From Candidatus Methylomirabilia bacterium (GTDB lineage Bacteria; Methylomirabilota; Methylomirabilia; Rokubacteriales; CSP1-6), in assembly GCA_041497895.1 (NCBI GenBank), contig JBGQHJ010000064.1, positions 1 through 25,867 of the forward strand: 25,867 nucleotides of DNA. Direction: 5' to 3'. The position numbers were made by a program, and so were the translations under genes. The notes beneath the pieces were generated by a model, which worked only from the letters and a program-made list of their open reading frames with translations, searched no databases and was not told the DNA's origin. Below are positions 8,619 to 15,994 of this stretch, piece by piece; the first letter of the stretch is position 1, and each line of letters starts with the position of its first letter.

Positions 8619-9068
8619 CTATTCCTCCCCCCGCACCATGGTGAAGAACTCCACCCGCGTGGCCGCCGCCCGGGCCCGAGCGGCGCGCTCTCGGGCCAGG
8701 CGCGTAGCGATCAGGGGCTCCACCACCGAGGCCTCCAGAACTTCACGCGCGCCCGGGTCCTGCAGCATCGCGTCGAGCACCGCCGCGGTCTCCGCGTGGC
8801 GGGGATCCCGCCCCGGCACGTAGGCATGCCCGACGCGGCCGTCGCCCAGCTCCACCGAGCAGCGGGTCACCGTCATCTCCCCGAGGTTGAACGCGGCTCC
8901 GGTGCCCCCGGCCCGGCCCCGCACCATCACGAGGCCGGTCTCGGGGGCCCGGAGCATCCGGTAGTCCGGCCGCGTCGCCAGGCGCGCCCACGCGGCCTCG
9001 ACCGCGGCCGGCTCCGCCTGGGCCAGCGCCGACATCCAGCGCGCCCGCGCCGTCTGGGTCGCCGACAC
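8619..9068 (-). CDS. phnG: C-P lyase complex subunit PhnG
   Basis: LRAPETGLVMVRGRAGGTG, FNLGEMTVTRC, ATRVEFFTMVRGE. Confidence 0.96.
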   Translation of the reverse strand: MSATQTARARWMSALAQAEPAAVEAAWARLATRPDYRMLRAPETGLVMVRGRAGGTGAAFNLGEMTVTRCSVELGDGRVGHAYVPGRDPRHAETAAVLDAMLQDPGAREVLEASVVEPLIATRLARERAARARAAATRVEFFTMVRGEE

Positions 9069-9074
9069 GGGCCG

Positions 9075-9965
9075 CTACTTCTGGGCCGCCAGCTTCTTGG
9101 CCACGTCGTTGAGCTCGCGGATGACCTGGTACTTGCCGTCGTCGGCGGGCACGAAGTTGCCGACCCAGGCTCCGATCTCCTTGAAGGCCTCCGGGTTCCG
9201 CGCCTTCATCGTGGTCAGGGACTCGGTGATCGCCGACCGCAGGCTCGCCGGCATGTCCTTGCGCACCACGATCGGGTCGTTGGGGATCAGCTTCGACACC
9301 CAGATCACCCGCAGCGCGCCCCGGGGCACCTTGCCCTCGCGGGTGAGCTGCTGGAGATCCGGCAGGTTCGTGGAGGCGACCTCCGCCTTCTTGTTGGCCA
9401 CCGCCAGGATCGACGCCTCGTGCGACCCGGAGAACGTCACCTTGGAGAAGTACTTCTTGGGATCGACGCTCATCTCCATCATGAAGAACGCGGACGGCAC
9501 CAGGTAGCCCGACGTCGAGTTGGGATCATTGAACGCGAAGGTCTTCCCCGCCATGTCCTCCGGGCTGAACATGTCCGAGTCCGAGTGCACGATGAGGCAC
9601 GAGCGATAGCCGAGCGAGCCGTTGGCGAGCTGCAGCTGGGCGATCGGCTCCACGTTGGCGTAGTTCCCGTTGGAGGCCTCGACATAGGACTTGGGCCCGA
9701 GGTGGCCGATCTCCGCCTTCTTGAACTTGAGCGCCTCGATGGTGCCGCGGTAGTCGGTCGCGGTCACCGACTTGACCTTGACGCCCAGGTCCTTCTCGAG
9801 CTGGGCCATGATCGGGCCCCAGCGCCGGGTGATCTCGGAGGCGTTCTCGGTGGAGAGGAGCGCGAAGGTGATCTCCTTGGGCCAGCTCGAGTCGGCCGCC
9901 GGGGCGGACGTCACCCCGCCCGCGATCGTGAGCAACGCCAACGCCAGCACGCGTATGAGCCGCAT
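9075..9965 (-). CDS. phnD: Phosphonate ABC transporter substrate-binding protein
   Basis: Signal peptide; DY, GYRS, DPNSTSGY, GSHE, IPNDP motifs; strong AGGAGG SD upstream. Confidence 0.93.
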   Translation of the reverse strand: MRLIRVLALALLTIAGGVTSAPAADSSWPKEITFALLSTENASEITRRWGPIMAQLEKDLGVKVKSVTATDYRGTIEALKFKKAEIGHLGPKSYVEASNGNYANVEPIAQLQLANGSLGYRSCLIVHSDSDMFSPEDMAGKTFAFNDPNSTSGYLVPSAFFMMEMSVDPKKYFSKVTFSGSHEASILAVANKKAEVASTNLPDLQQLTREGKVPRGALRVIWVSKLIPNDPIVVRKDMPASLRSAITESLTTMKARNPEAFKEIGAWVGNFVPADDGKYQVIRELNDVAKKLAAQK

Positions 9966-9981
9966 GAGTCTCCTCCTTGCC

Positions 9982-10797
9982 TTAGATCGCCGCCCGCCGG
10001 ATGCGCGCGGAGATCACGTCGGTGCACATCACCATGGCCACGATCAGCAGGATGACCGTCGCCGCCTCGCCGTCCTTGAAGGATCGGATCGTGTCCCAGA
10101 GGTAGAAGCCGATGCCCCCGCCGCCCACCATGCCGATCACCGCCGCCGAGCGGATGTCGGACTCGAAGCGCAGGAGCACGTAGGAGAGGAAGTTGGGCAG
10201 GACCTGGGGCACCACCCCGAACGCGATCACGTGGAGCCGCCCGGCCCCCACCGCGGTGACGCCCTCCGCCTGGCCCGGGTCGATGCCCTCGATGGTCTCG
10301 CTCAGGAGCTTGCCGAGCACGCCGCCGGTGTGGATGCCGAGGGCGAGCATGCCCGCGAAGGGGCCGAGCCCCACCGCGGTCACGAACATCAGCGCGAACA
10401 CGAACTCGTTGACCGCCCGGAGCACGTCCATGGTCCGGCGCGCCGCGAAGTAGACCAGCGGGTGCGGGCTCAGGTTGCGGGCGCCCAGCAGTCCCAGCGG
10501 CACCGAGATCACGAAGGCCAGCAGGGTGCCCCAGAGCGCGATGCACACCGTGACCACGCACTGCCACGAGTACTCGCCGATGTTGCCGAAGGACGGCCGC
10601 AGGTAGCCCCTGAGGAAGACCCCGATGTTGCCCACGTCGCGGACCAGCTCGAGCGGCCGGAGCTCGATGACCCGGGCCGCCATCCCCAGCAGCACCGCGA
10701 GGGCCACCGTCACGAGCAGGTTCCGGCCGAGGTCGGAGCGGCGCGGCGGCGCCTGGGGCGCGGGCCCCCGGAGGATGCCGGCGAGCGGAGCCGTCAA
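9982..10797 (-). CDS. phnE: Phosphonate ABC transporter permease, 271 aa
   Basis: AVGLGPFAGMLALGIHTGGVLGKLLSE, RFESDIRSAAVIGMVGGGGIG; TTG 10797 overlaps the phnC stop (TTGA). Confidence 0.92.
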   Translation of the reverse strand: MTAPLAGILRGPAPQAPPRRSDLGRNLLVTVALAVLLGMAARVIELRPLELVRDVGNIGVFLRGYLRPSFGNIGEYSWQCVVTVCIALWGTLLAFVISVPLGLLGARNLSPHPLVYFAARRTMDVLRAVNEFVFALMFVTAVGLGPFAGMLALGIHTGGVLGKLLSETIEGIDPGQAEGVTAVGAGRLHVIAFGVVPQVLPNFLSYVLLRFESDIRSAAVIGMVGGGGIGFYLWDTIRSFKDGEAATVILLIVAMVMCTDVISARIRRAAI

Positions 10798-11621
10798 CTC
10801 GCCACCAGCACGGGCTCCGGCAGCCGCGCCGGCTCGACGTCCCCGCCATCCGGCTCGGGCACCGACCCGAAGATCTCGCGGATCGCGTCGTCGTCGAGCC
10901 TGGCGGCCGGCCCGTCGAACACGAGCCGCCCCGCCCGGAGCCCGAGCACCCGGTCCGCGTAGCGGCGCGCGTACTCCACGTGATGGAGCGTCGAGACCAC
11001 CGTGAGCCCCGCCGAGGAGGCGATGCGCCGGAGCGTCTCCATCACCAGGGCCCCGTTGATCACGTCGAGGCTCGCCACCGGCTCGTCGCCCAGGATCAGC
11101 TTCGGCTCCTGGGCCAGGATCTTGGCGATGGCCACCCGCTGCTGCTCCCCCCCGGACAGCGTGTCGGTGCGCTGCCAGGCGCGCGCCAGGAGCCCGACGT
11201 GGTCCAGGCAGGAGAGCGCGGCGTCGCGCTGGACGCGATCGAAGACCCGGACCAGCGCGGCGTGGCGCCGCCAGCCGCGCAGGTGGGGCAAGCGGCCGAT
11301 CAGCACGTTGTCGAGGACGCGCAGCCGCCTCACCAGATTGAACTGCTGGTAGATGACGCCGACGCGCGCCCGGTGGGCGCGGAGGGCTGCTCCGGCGAGC
11401 GGACCCAGATCCTGCCCGCCCATCCGGATCGCGCCCTGCGTCGGGACGATCGCGCGGGAGAGGCACCGGAGCAGCGTGGTCTTCCCCGCTCCCGACCGGC
11501 CGACGATGGCCACGAACTCCCCGGGCCGGATACAGGCCGACACCCCGTCGAGCGCCACCTGCGCGCCGAAGCGCCGACCGACCCGCTCCAGGACCACCAC
11601 CGGCGAGGTCGTCGGGCTCAT
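10794..11621 (-). CDS. phnC: Phosphonate ABC transporter ATP-binding protein, 275 aa
   Basis: GRSGAGKTT, QQFNLVRRLRVLDNVLIGRL, LSGGEQQRVAIA, DEPVASLD; start taken as ATG 11621, just downstream of the Pho-type promoter. Confidence 0.94.
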   Translation of the reverse strand: MSPTTSPVVVLERVGRRFGAQVALDGVSACIRPGEFVAIVGRSGAGKTTLLRCLSRAIVPTQGAIRMGGQDLGPLAGAALRAHRARVGVIYQQFNLVRRLRVLDNVLIGRLPHLRGWRRHAALVRVFDRVQRDAALSCLDHVGLLARAWQRTDTLSGGEQQRVAIAKILAQEPKLILGDEPVASLDVINGALVMETLRRIASSAGLTVVSTLHHVEYARRYADRVLGLRAGRLVFDGPAARLDDDAIREIFGSVPEPDGGDVEPARLPEPVLVAS

Positions 11622-11631
11622 GTCGTGCCCG

Positions 11632-11687
11632 AGGTTAGCCGCGGCCTGTTGCAGCGTGATGACCGGCCGGTGAAGGTTCGGTGACCC
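11632..11687 (-). promoter_or_regulatory. Pho-type promoter of the phn operon (four 11-bp repeats and a -10)
   Basis: Minus strand: GTCAC (11685-81), TTCAC (11674-70), GTCAT (11663-59), GCAAC (11652-48), 10-nt spacer, TAACCT (11637-32). Confidence 0.75.
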
Positions 11688-11694
11688 GGCCACG

Positions 11695-11805
11695 CTACGA
11701 CCGCCAGTCGCGCTCGCGTAGCGCGCCGCCCACGCGGTCGTAGTCGGCGATGTCGGCGACGTGGAGGTCCGCGCGGCCGCGGCCCGTCGTGTCCCGCCCG
11801 GTCAT
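11695..11805 (-). CDS. Putative small protein, 36 aa (MTGRDTTGRGRADLHVADIADYDRVGGALRERDWRS), or gene remnant
   Basis: Below the ORF-track cutoff; GGAGAG 4 nt before ATG 11805; nearly all codons end in G/C; in-frame alternative starts at 11817, 11820 and 11850. Confidence 0.4.
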   Translation of the reverse strand: MTGRDTTGRGRADLHVADIADYDRVGGALRERDWRS

Positions 11806-11864
11806 GATGCTCTCCATCACGATCGAGCATGCACGAGGGGCATCGATCACATATCGTTTGCGCC

Positions 11865-11882
11865 GTGAAGTTCGGGTGACGG
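11865..11882 (-). promoter_or_regulatory. Second Pho-box-like direct repeat
   Basis: GTCACCCGAACTTCAC (11880-11865), 11-bp period, nearly identical to GTCACCGAACCTTCAC before phnC; weak -10-like TATGTG at 11853-48. Confidence 0.55.
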
Positions 11883-11894
11883 GGGGGGCGGCGC

Positions 11895-13703
11895 TCAGGC
11901 CGCGGAGTCGACCGGCAGCGTGAAGCGCACGGTGGTGCCGCGCCCCTGCTCGCTCTCGATGCCCAGCTCGCCGCCGTGGGCCATCACCAGGTGCTTGACG
12001 ATGGCCAGGCCGAGACCGGTGCCGCCGAGCTCGCGCGAGCGCGCCTTGTCGACGCGATAGAAGCGCTCGGTGATGCGCGGGAGATCGGCGAGCGGGATGC
12101 CGATGCCGGTGTCGGTCACCGCCACCTCGATCGCGCCGTCCTCCCGGTTGCGGCCGGTCACGGTCACCGACCCGCCCTCCGGCGTGTACTTCACCGCGTT
12201 GTCGATGAGGTTGATCAGGATCTGGGCCAGGCGGTCGCGATCCGCCGAGACGTCGCGCAGATCGGCGGCCAGCCGCGCGCTCACCGTGACGCGGGCCCGG
12301 TCCGCGCGGGGCGCGATGATGTCGATCACCGAGCCCACCACGTCCGCGATGCGCACCCGCTCGCGCCGGAGCGTCACCTTGCCGAGCTCGATGTTGGAGA
12401 GATCGGTGAGGTCGTTGAGCAGCCGGCCGAGCCGCTCGCTATGCCGGAGCACGATCTCGAGGAATCGCCGCGCGTTCTCCCGCTCGTCGAGCGCCCCGGA
12501 CAGGAGGGTCTCCAGGTAGCCCTGGATCGCGGTCAGCGGCGTGCGCAGCTCGTGGCTCACATTGGCCACGAACTCGGTGCGCACCCGCTCGAGCTGGCGG
12601 AGCGCGGTCACGTCGTGGAGGACCATGACCACCCCGGGTCGATCGCCCCCGATGGCGAGCCTCACCGCGTTCACCGCGAGGGTGCGCGTGGTCGGGCTCG
12701 TCACCAGCATCTCCCGGCCGACCGGCGCGGCTTCCGTGCCCGCGTGCACCGTCCGGAAGATCTCGTGCAGGTCCGCGTTGCGGATGACCTCGAGGAACGG
12801 TTTGCCCTCGCCGCGGATGCCGCCCAGCCCGAACATGGCCCGGGCCCGCTCGTTCATGAGCAGGATGTGCTCCTGGCCGTCGACCGCGATGACCCCCTCG
12901 ACCATCGCGTCGAGGATCGCGGTGGTCTTGGACTGCTCCAGCTCGAGATCCTGGATCTTCTCCCGCAGGCGCGCCGCCATCACGTTGAGCGACCGGCCCA
13001 GGGTCCCGATCTCGTCGGTGGAGCGGGTGGGGGCCCGGACCAGGAAGTTGCCCCCGCTCATCTGGCGCGCGATGGACTGCATCTCCACCACCGGGCGCGT
13101 GACCCGCCCGGCCACGAAGATGCCGATGCCGAGCGCGATCAGCAGGGCCAGCGCCCCGCCCACCAGCATCACCTGGTGGAGGCTCGCGTACGAGCGGGTG
13201 ACCGCGGAGAGCGGCAGCGCCAGGCGGAGGACCCCGACGATCCGATCGCCGTCGCGCACCGGCTGGGCCACGTAGAGCAGCGGGGCCGCGACCGTGACGC
13301 TGCGCCGGAGGTCGCGGCCCTGACGGCCCTCGAGCGCGGCCCGTACCTCCGGCCGGCCCGCGTGGTTCTCGAGCTGGCTCAGATCGGCCTGGCTCCGGTC
13401 CGACTCGCCCACCACCCGCCCGTCGGGGGCGATCAGGGTCACGCGCGAGCCGGTGGGCCGGGCCACCCGGTTGACGAAGTCCGGCGCGCCGGCGCCCCCG
13501 TTCGCGAGAGCGGCGCGGGCCTCTCCGTGCAGCACGGTGGCGAGCGCGCCGAGCCGTGTCTCGAGCGACTCGACCGCGAAGGCCTCGAGGGCCCGATTCA
13601 GGTAGAGCCCGGCCGCGAGGACGGATACCGCCACGAAGCCCACCAGGGTCAGGGTGAGCTTGAGCGCGATGCTGCCCCGCACCAGCCTCAGCAGCGCGCC
13701 CAC
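11895..13703 (-). CDS. phoR: Phosphate-regulon sensor histidine kinase (TM-sensor-TM-HAMP-PAS-HisKA-HATPase)
   Basis: ENHAGRPEV sensor motif, EFVANVSHELRTPLT, NLIDNAVKY, ERFYRVDKARSRELGGTGLGLAIVKH; GAGGAGG SD before GTG. Confidence 0.9.
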   Translation of the reverse strand: MGALLRLVRGSIALKLTLTLVGFVAVSVLAAGLYLNRALEAFAVESLETRLGALATVLHGEARAALANGGAGAPDFVNRVARPTGSRVTLIAPDGRVVGESDRSQADLSQLENHAGRPEVRAALEGRQGRDLRRSVTVAAPLLYVAQPVRDGDRIVGVLRLALPLSAVTRSYASLHQVMLVGGALALLIALGIGIFVAGRVTRPVVEMQSIARQMSGGNFLVRAPTRSTDEIGTLGRSLNVMAARLREKIQDLELEQSKTTAILDAMVEGVIAVDGQEHILLMNERARAMFGLGGIRGEGKPFLEVIRNADLHEIFRTVHAGTEAAPVGREMLVTSPTTRTLAVNAVRLAIGGDRPGVVMVLHDVTALRQLERVRTEFVANVSHELRTPLTAIQGYLETLLSGALDERENARRFLEIVLRHSERLGRLLNDLTDLSNIELGKVTLRRERVRIADVVGSVIDIIAPRADRARVTVSARLAADLRDVSADRDRLAQILINLIDNAVKYTPEGGSVTVTGRNREDGAIEVAVTDTGIGIPLADLPRITERFYRVDKARSRELGGTGLGLAIVKHLVMAHGGELGIESEQGRGTTVRFTLPVDSAA

Positions 13704-13713
13704 GGCGCCCTCC

Positions 13714-14403
13714 TCACCGGCCGCTCTCGAACCGGTAGCCCACCCCGGTCACGGTGCCGATCCGCTGCCCCTCCACGCCCAGCTTCTGCCGGAGCCGGCG
13801 CACGTGCACGTCCACCGTGCGCGACTCGATCTCGCCCGCCGCCGAGTAGCCCCACACGTGATCGAGCAGGTACTCGCGCGACAGCACGCGGCCCTGGGCT
13901 TCCGCGAGCGCCCGGAGCAGGTCGAACTCCTTGCGGGTGAGGCTCACCGCGGCCCCGTCCACTGTCACCCGGTGAGCCGCCGCGTCGATGGCGATCCGGC
14001 CGACGACGAGCGGCGCGCTCCCGGTCTCGGGCCGGGCGCGCCGCAGCACCGCGCGGATGCGCGCGACCAGCTCGCGCGGGGAGAAGGGCTTGACCACGTA
14101 GTCGTCGGCGCCCAGCTCGAGCCCGAGCACGCGATCCACCTCGTCGCCACGCGCGGTGAGCATGACGATCGGCAGGCCCTGCGTCGCCGGATCCTGCCGC
14201 AACCGCCGGCACACCTCGAGCCCGTCCATCTCCGGCAGCATGAGGTCGAGGAGCACCAGGTCGGGCGGTCCCGCGCGCGCCAGGCGCACGGCCTCGGCCC
14301 CGCTCCGGCAGTGGGTCACCTGGTAGCCCTCGCGCTCCAGGTGGAAGACGAGGAGGTCCCGGATGTCCGGCTCGTCCTCGACGATCAGCACGCGCTGGGC
14401 CAT
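13714..14403 (-). CDS. phoB: OmpR/PhoB-family response regulator (PhoB/PhoP-like)
   Basis: VEDE, LLDLMLP, MLTARG, GADDYVVKPFSPREL, SRTVDVHVRRLRQKL; paired with phoR and adjacent to Pho-box-preceded phn genes. Confidence 0.85.
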   Translation of the reverse strand: MAQRVLIVEDEPDIRDLLVFHLEREGYQVTHCRSGAEAVRLARAGPPDLVLLDLMLPEMDGLEVCRRLRQDPATQGLPIVMLTARGDEVDRVLGLELGADDYVVKPFSPRELVARIRAVLRRARPETGSAPLVVGRIAIDAAAHRVTVDGAAVSLTRKEFDLLRALAEAQGRVLSREYLLDHVWGYSAAGEIESRTVDVHVRRLRQKLGVEGQRIGTVTGVGYRFESGR

Positions 14404-14416
14404 GGCTTGGCGCCGC

Positions 14417-15457
14417 TCACCAGGGCCGCGTCTCCCCGATCTTGAGGATCCAGGCCCGCGCCGGATCGAGCCGCCGGCGCTCGAACTCGGCCCGCATGCG
14501 GACCGGGGGCTCGTCGAGCGGCTCCTCGGCCAGATCGAAGGTGCCCCAGTGCATGCCCAGCATCGCCCGCCCGCCGAGGTCCGCGAAGGCCTGCACCGCC
14601 TCCTCGGGCGTGGAGTGCACCGCCTTCATGATCTCGGCGGGAAGATAGGCTCCGATCGCGAGCGCGACCACGTCGAAGGGGCCGAGGCGGCGCCCGGCCT
14701 CGCGGAAGCCGTCGAAGTAGCCGGTGTCGCCGCCGAAGTAGAGTCGCCGCTCGCGTCCCAGGATGGCCCACGAAGACCACAGGCGACGGTTGGCGTCCCA
14801 GAACGACCGCTGCGCGAAGTGCTGGGCCGGGACGCACACGAAGCGCACCCCGCGGTACTCCCGCTCTTGCCACCAGTCGAGCTCCTCCACGTGGGACATG
14901 CCGTTGTCGCGGAACCAGTCCCGGAGGCCGAGCGGCACCAGGAAGAGCGGATCGGGGGTCGCGGCGAGCCGGCGAACGGTGGGCAGGTCGAGATGGTCGA
15001 AGTGATCGTGGGAGATCACCACCACGTCGATGCGGGGGAGGCTCTCGAAGGCGAGCCCCGGCGGGGTCAGACGCCGTGGTCCGATCCACGAGGTGGGGCC
15101 GGCCCGGTCACTCCACTGGGGATCGGTGAGGATGCTGAGCCCGTCGACCTGCACGAGCAAGGTGGCGTGGCCGATCCAGGTGATGGCGGGGACGGGCGGC
15201 ACCGCGCGAAGCGCGGCCCCGTCGTTGGCCACGCGCGGCGCCTCGAAGTGGCGCGGCGAGGCGATGCTCTGGACGGCCCGGCCGAGGATGAACGTCCATC
15301 GCGTCCAGGCCGAGGGACGCGTGAACCCGGGATCGAGGTTCCGGAAGCCGCCGCCGGCGACGTGGTGCGCCGGCCGGCCCGTGATGCCTTCCGTGCCCGC
15401 GCTCGCGCAGGCGACCAGGATCAGCAGGGGGACCAGCGCCGCGGCTCGGGAGACCAC
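14417..15457 (-). CDS. Metallo-beta-lactamase-fold hydrolase, NAPE-PLD/RomA-like, predicted lipoprotein
   Basis: WIGHAT, TDP, SHDHFDHLD (HxHxDH), PAQHF, YFGGDTGY, IGAY, MHWGTFDL; N-terminal hydrophobic stretch with lipobox LVAC (Cys17). Confidence 0.9.
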   Translation of the reverse strand: MVSRAAALVPLLILVACASAGTEGITGRPAHHVAGGGFRNLDPGFTRPSAWTRWTFILGRAVQSIASPRHFEAPRVANDGAALRAVPPVPAITWIGHATLLVQVDGLSILTDPQWSDRAGPTSWIGPRRLTPPGLAFESLPRIDVVVISHDHFDHLDLPTVRRLAATPDPLFLVPLGLRDWFRDNGMSHVEELDWWQEREYRGVRFVCVPAQHFAQRSFWDANRRLWSSWAILGRERRLYFGGDTGYFDGFREAGRRLGPFDVVALAIGAYLPAEIMKAVHSTPEEAVQAFADLGGRAMLGMHWGTFDLAEEPLDEPPVRMRAEFERRRLDPARAWILKIGETRPW

Positions 15458-15467
15458 TCTGGGCCGC

Positions 15468-15497
15468 AGTCTACCGCGGCCCCGTCGCGGGGGTAAA
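15468..15497 (-). promoter_or_regulatory. Putative sigma70-type promoter for MBL-phoB-phoR
   Basis: TTTACC (15497-92), 18-bp spacer, TAGACT (15473-68), then 10 nt to the GTG start; no SD. Confidence 0.4.
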
Positions 15498-15499
15498 GC

Positions 15500-15793
15500 C
15501 TAAGCCGGGCGCGTCGCGCTCCCGGCCTTGCTCCCGTTGCTCCCGTTCTGCGGCAGGAGCCCGAGCAGGCGCAACCGCTTGCGCAGCGTGTTGCGGTTGA
15601 TCCCGAGCAGCTTCGCCGCCTTCAGCTGGTTGCCACCGCACAGCTCGAGCGCGTGGCGCAGCAGCGGCTGCTCCACCCGGGCCATCACGCTTCGGTAGAG
15701 CCGGCCGCCCTGGGCCGCCGCCTCGCTCACGAGGGAGGGAAGCGTGGTGGTGACGAGGTCGTCGAAGCTCTCCGTCCCGGACTTGGTGCTCAT
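15500..15793 (-). CDS. Stand-alone Fis-family (HTH_8) DNA-binding protein, 97 aa
   Basis: LYRSVMARVEQPLLRHALELCGGNQLKAAKLLGINRNTLRKRL resembles Fis and the NtrC C-terminal domain; GGAAGGGG SD-like sequence upstream. Confidence 0.88.
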   Translation of the reverse strand: MSTKSGTESFDDLVTTTLPSLVSEAAAQGGRLYRSVMARVEQPLLRHALELCGGNQLKAAKLLGINRNTLRKRLRLLGLLPQNGSNGSKAGSATRPA

Positions 15794-15858
15794 GCCGGTC
15801 CCCTTCCCGTTTGGCCGAACGCATAGCGCGCGGGCGTCGCCATCTGGCTACCGACGGC

Positions 15859-15875
15859 AGCAAGGCCTGTGCCCG
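15859..15875 (-). promoter_or_regulatory. Sigma54 (RpoN) -24/-12 promoter
   Basis: Minus strand CGGGCACAGGCCTTGCT: GG (15873-72)-N10-GC (15861-60), close to the TGGCAC-N5-TTGCW consensus. Confidence 0.72.
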
Positions 15876-15892
15876 CGAAGGCGGGTCCGGCA

Positions 15893-15905
15893 AATCAAGC
15901 GCTTA
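15893..15905 (+). promoter_or_regulatory. IHF-binding site
   Basis: AATCAAGCGCTTA is an exact match to WATCAANNNNTTR and lies between the sigma54 promoter and the enhancer-like sites. Confidence 0.65.
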
Positions 15906-15936
15906 CGAGGGACGGTGCGGGCCGGTGGCGACAACG

Positions 15937-15973
15937 ATGCTCATGCCATGAGCATGAGCCTCAATCATGGGCA
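15937..15973. promoter_or_regulatory. Tandem enhancer-like (bEBP/Fis-type) binding sites
   Basis: Perfect palindrome ATGCTCATG-C-CATGAGCAT (15937-15955; TGC-N11-GCA) and second site AGCC-N9-GGCA (15957-15973), about 100-120 bp upstream of the predicted sigma54 start. Confidence 0.6.
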
Positions 15974-15994
15974 GGAGCGAACGCCGGCGGCTCT

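Noticed and set aside
11618..11830. 70-aa ORF whose stop overlaps the phnC ATG
   Set aside because: Arg/Pro-rich, crosses the Pho-box promoter; the other frame (11695-11805) has much better codon bias.
11881..11888. G8 homopolymer as a phase-variation tract
   Set aside because: Intergenic, just outside the Pho-like repeat, short for a high-GC genome, and would not alter promoter spacing.
11976..13940. 654-aa plus-strand ORF, and similar long ORFs at 8424-10055, 18172-20403, 21672-23555 and 23518-25380
   Set aside because: Antisense shadows of well-supported genes, expected at high GC3; no motifs.
15528..15547. 9-bp tandem repeat TTGCTCCCG x2 in the fis-like 3' end
   Set aside because: Only two copies, encoding a low-complexity NGSNGS tail.
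15872..15885. CCCGC-N4-GCGGG hairpin as the ure operon terminator
   Set aside because: 5-bp stem without a U-tract; it overlaps the sigma54 -24 element, which explains the sequence better.
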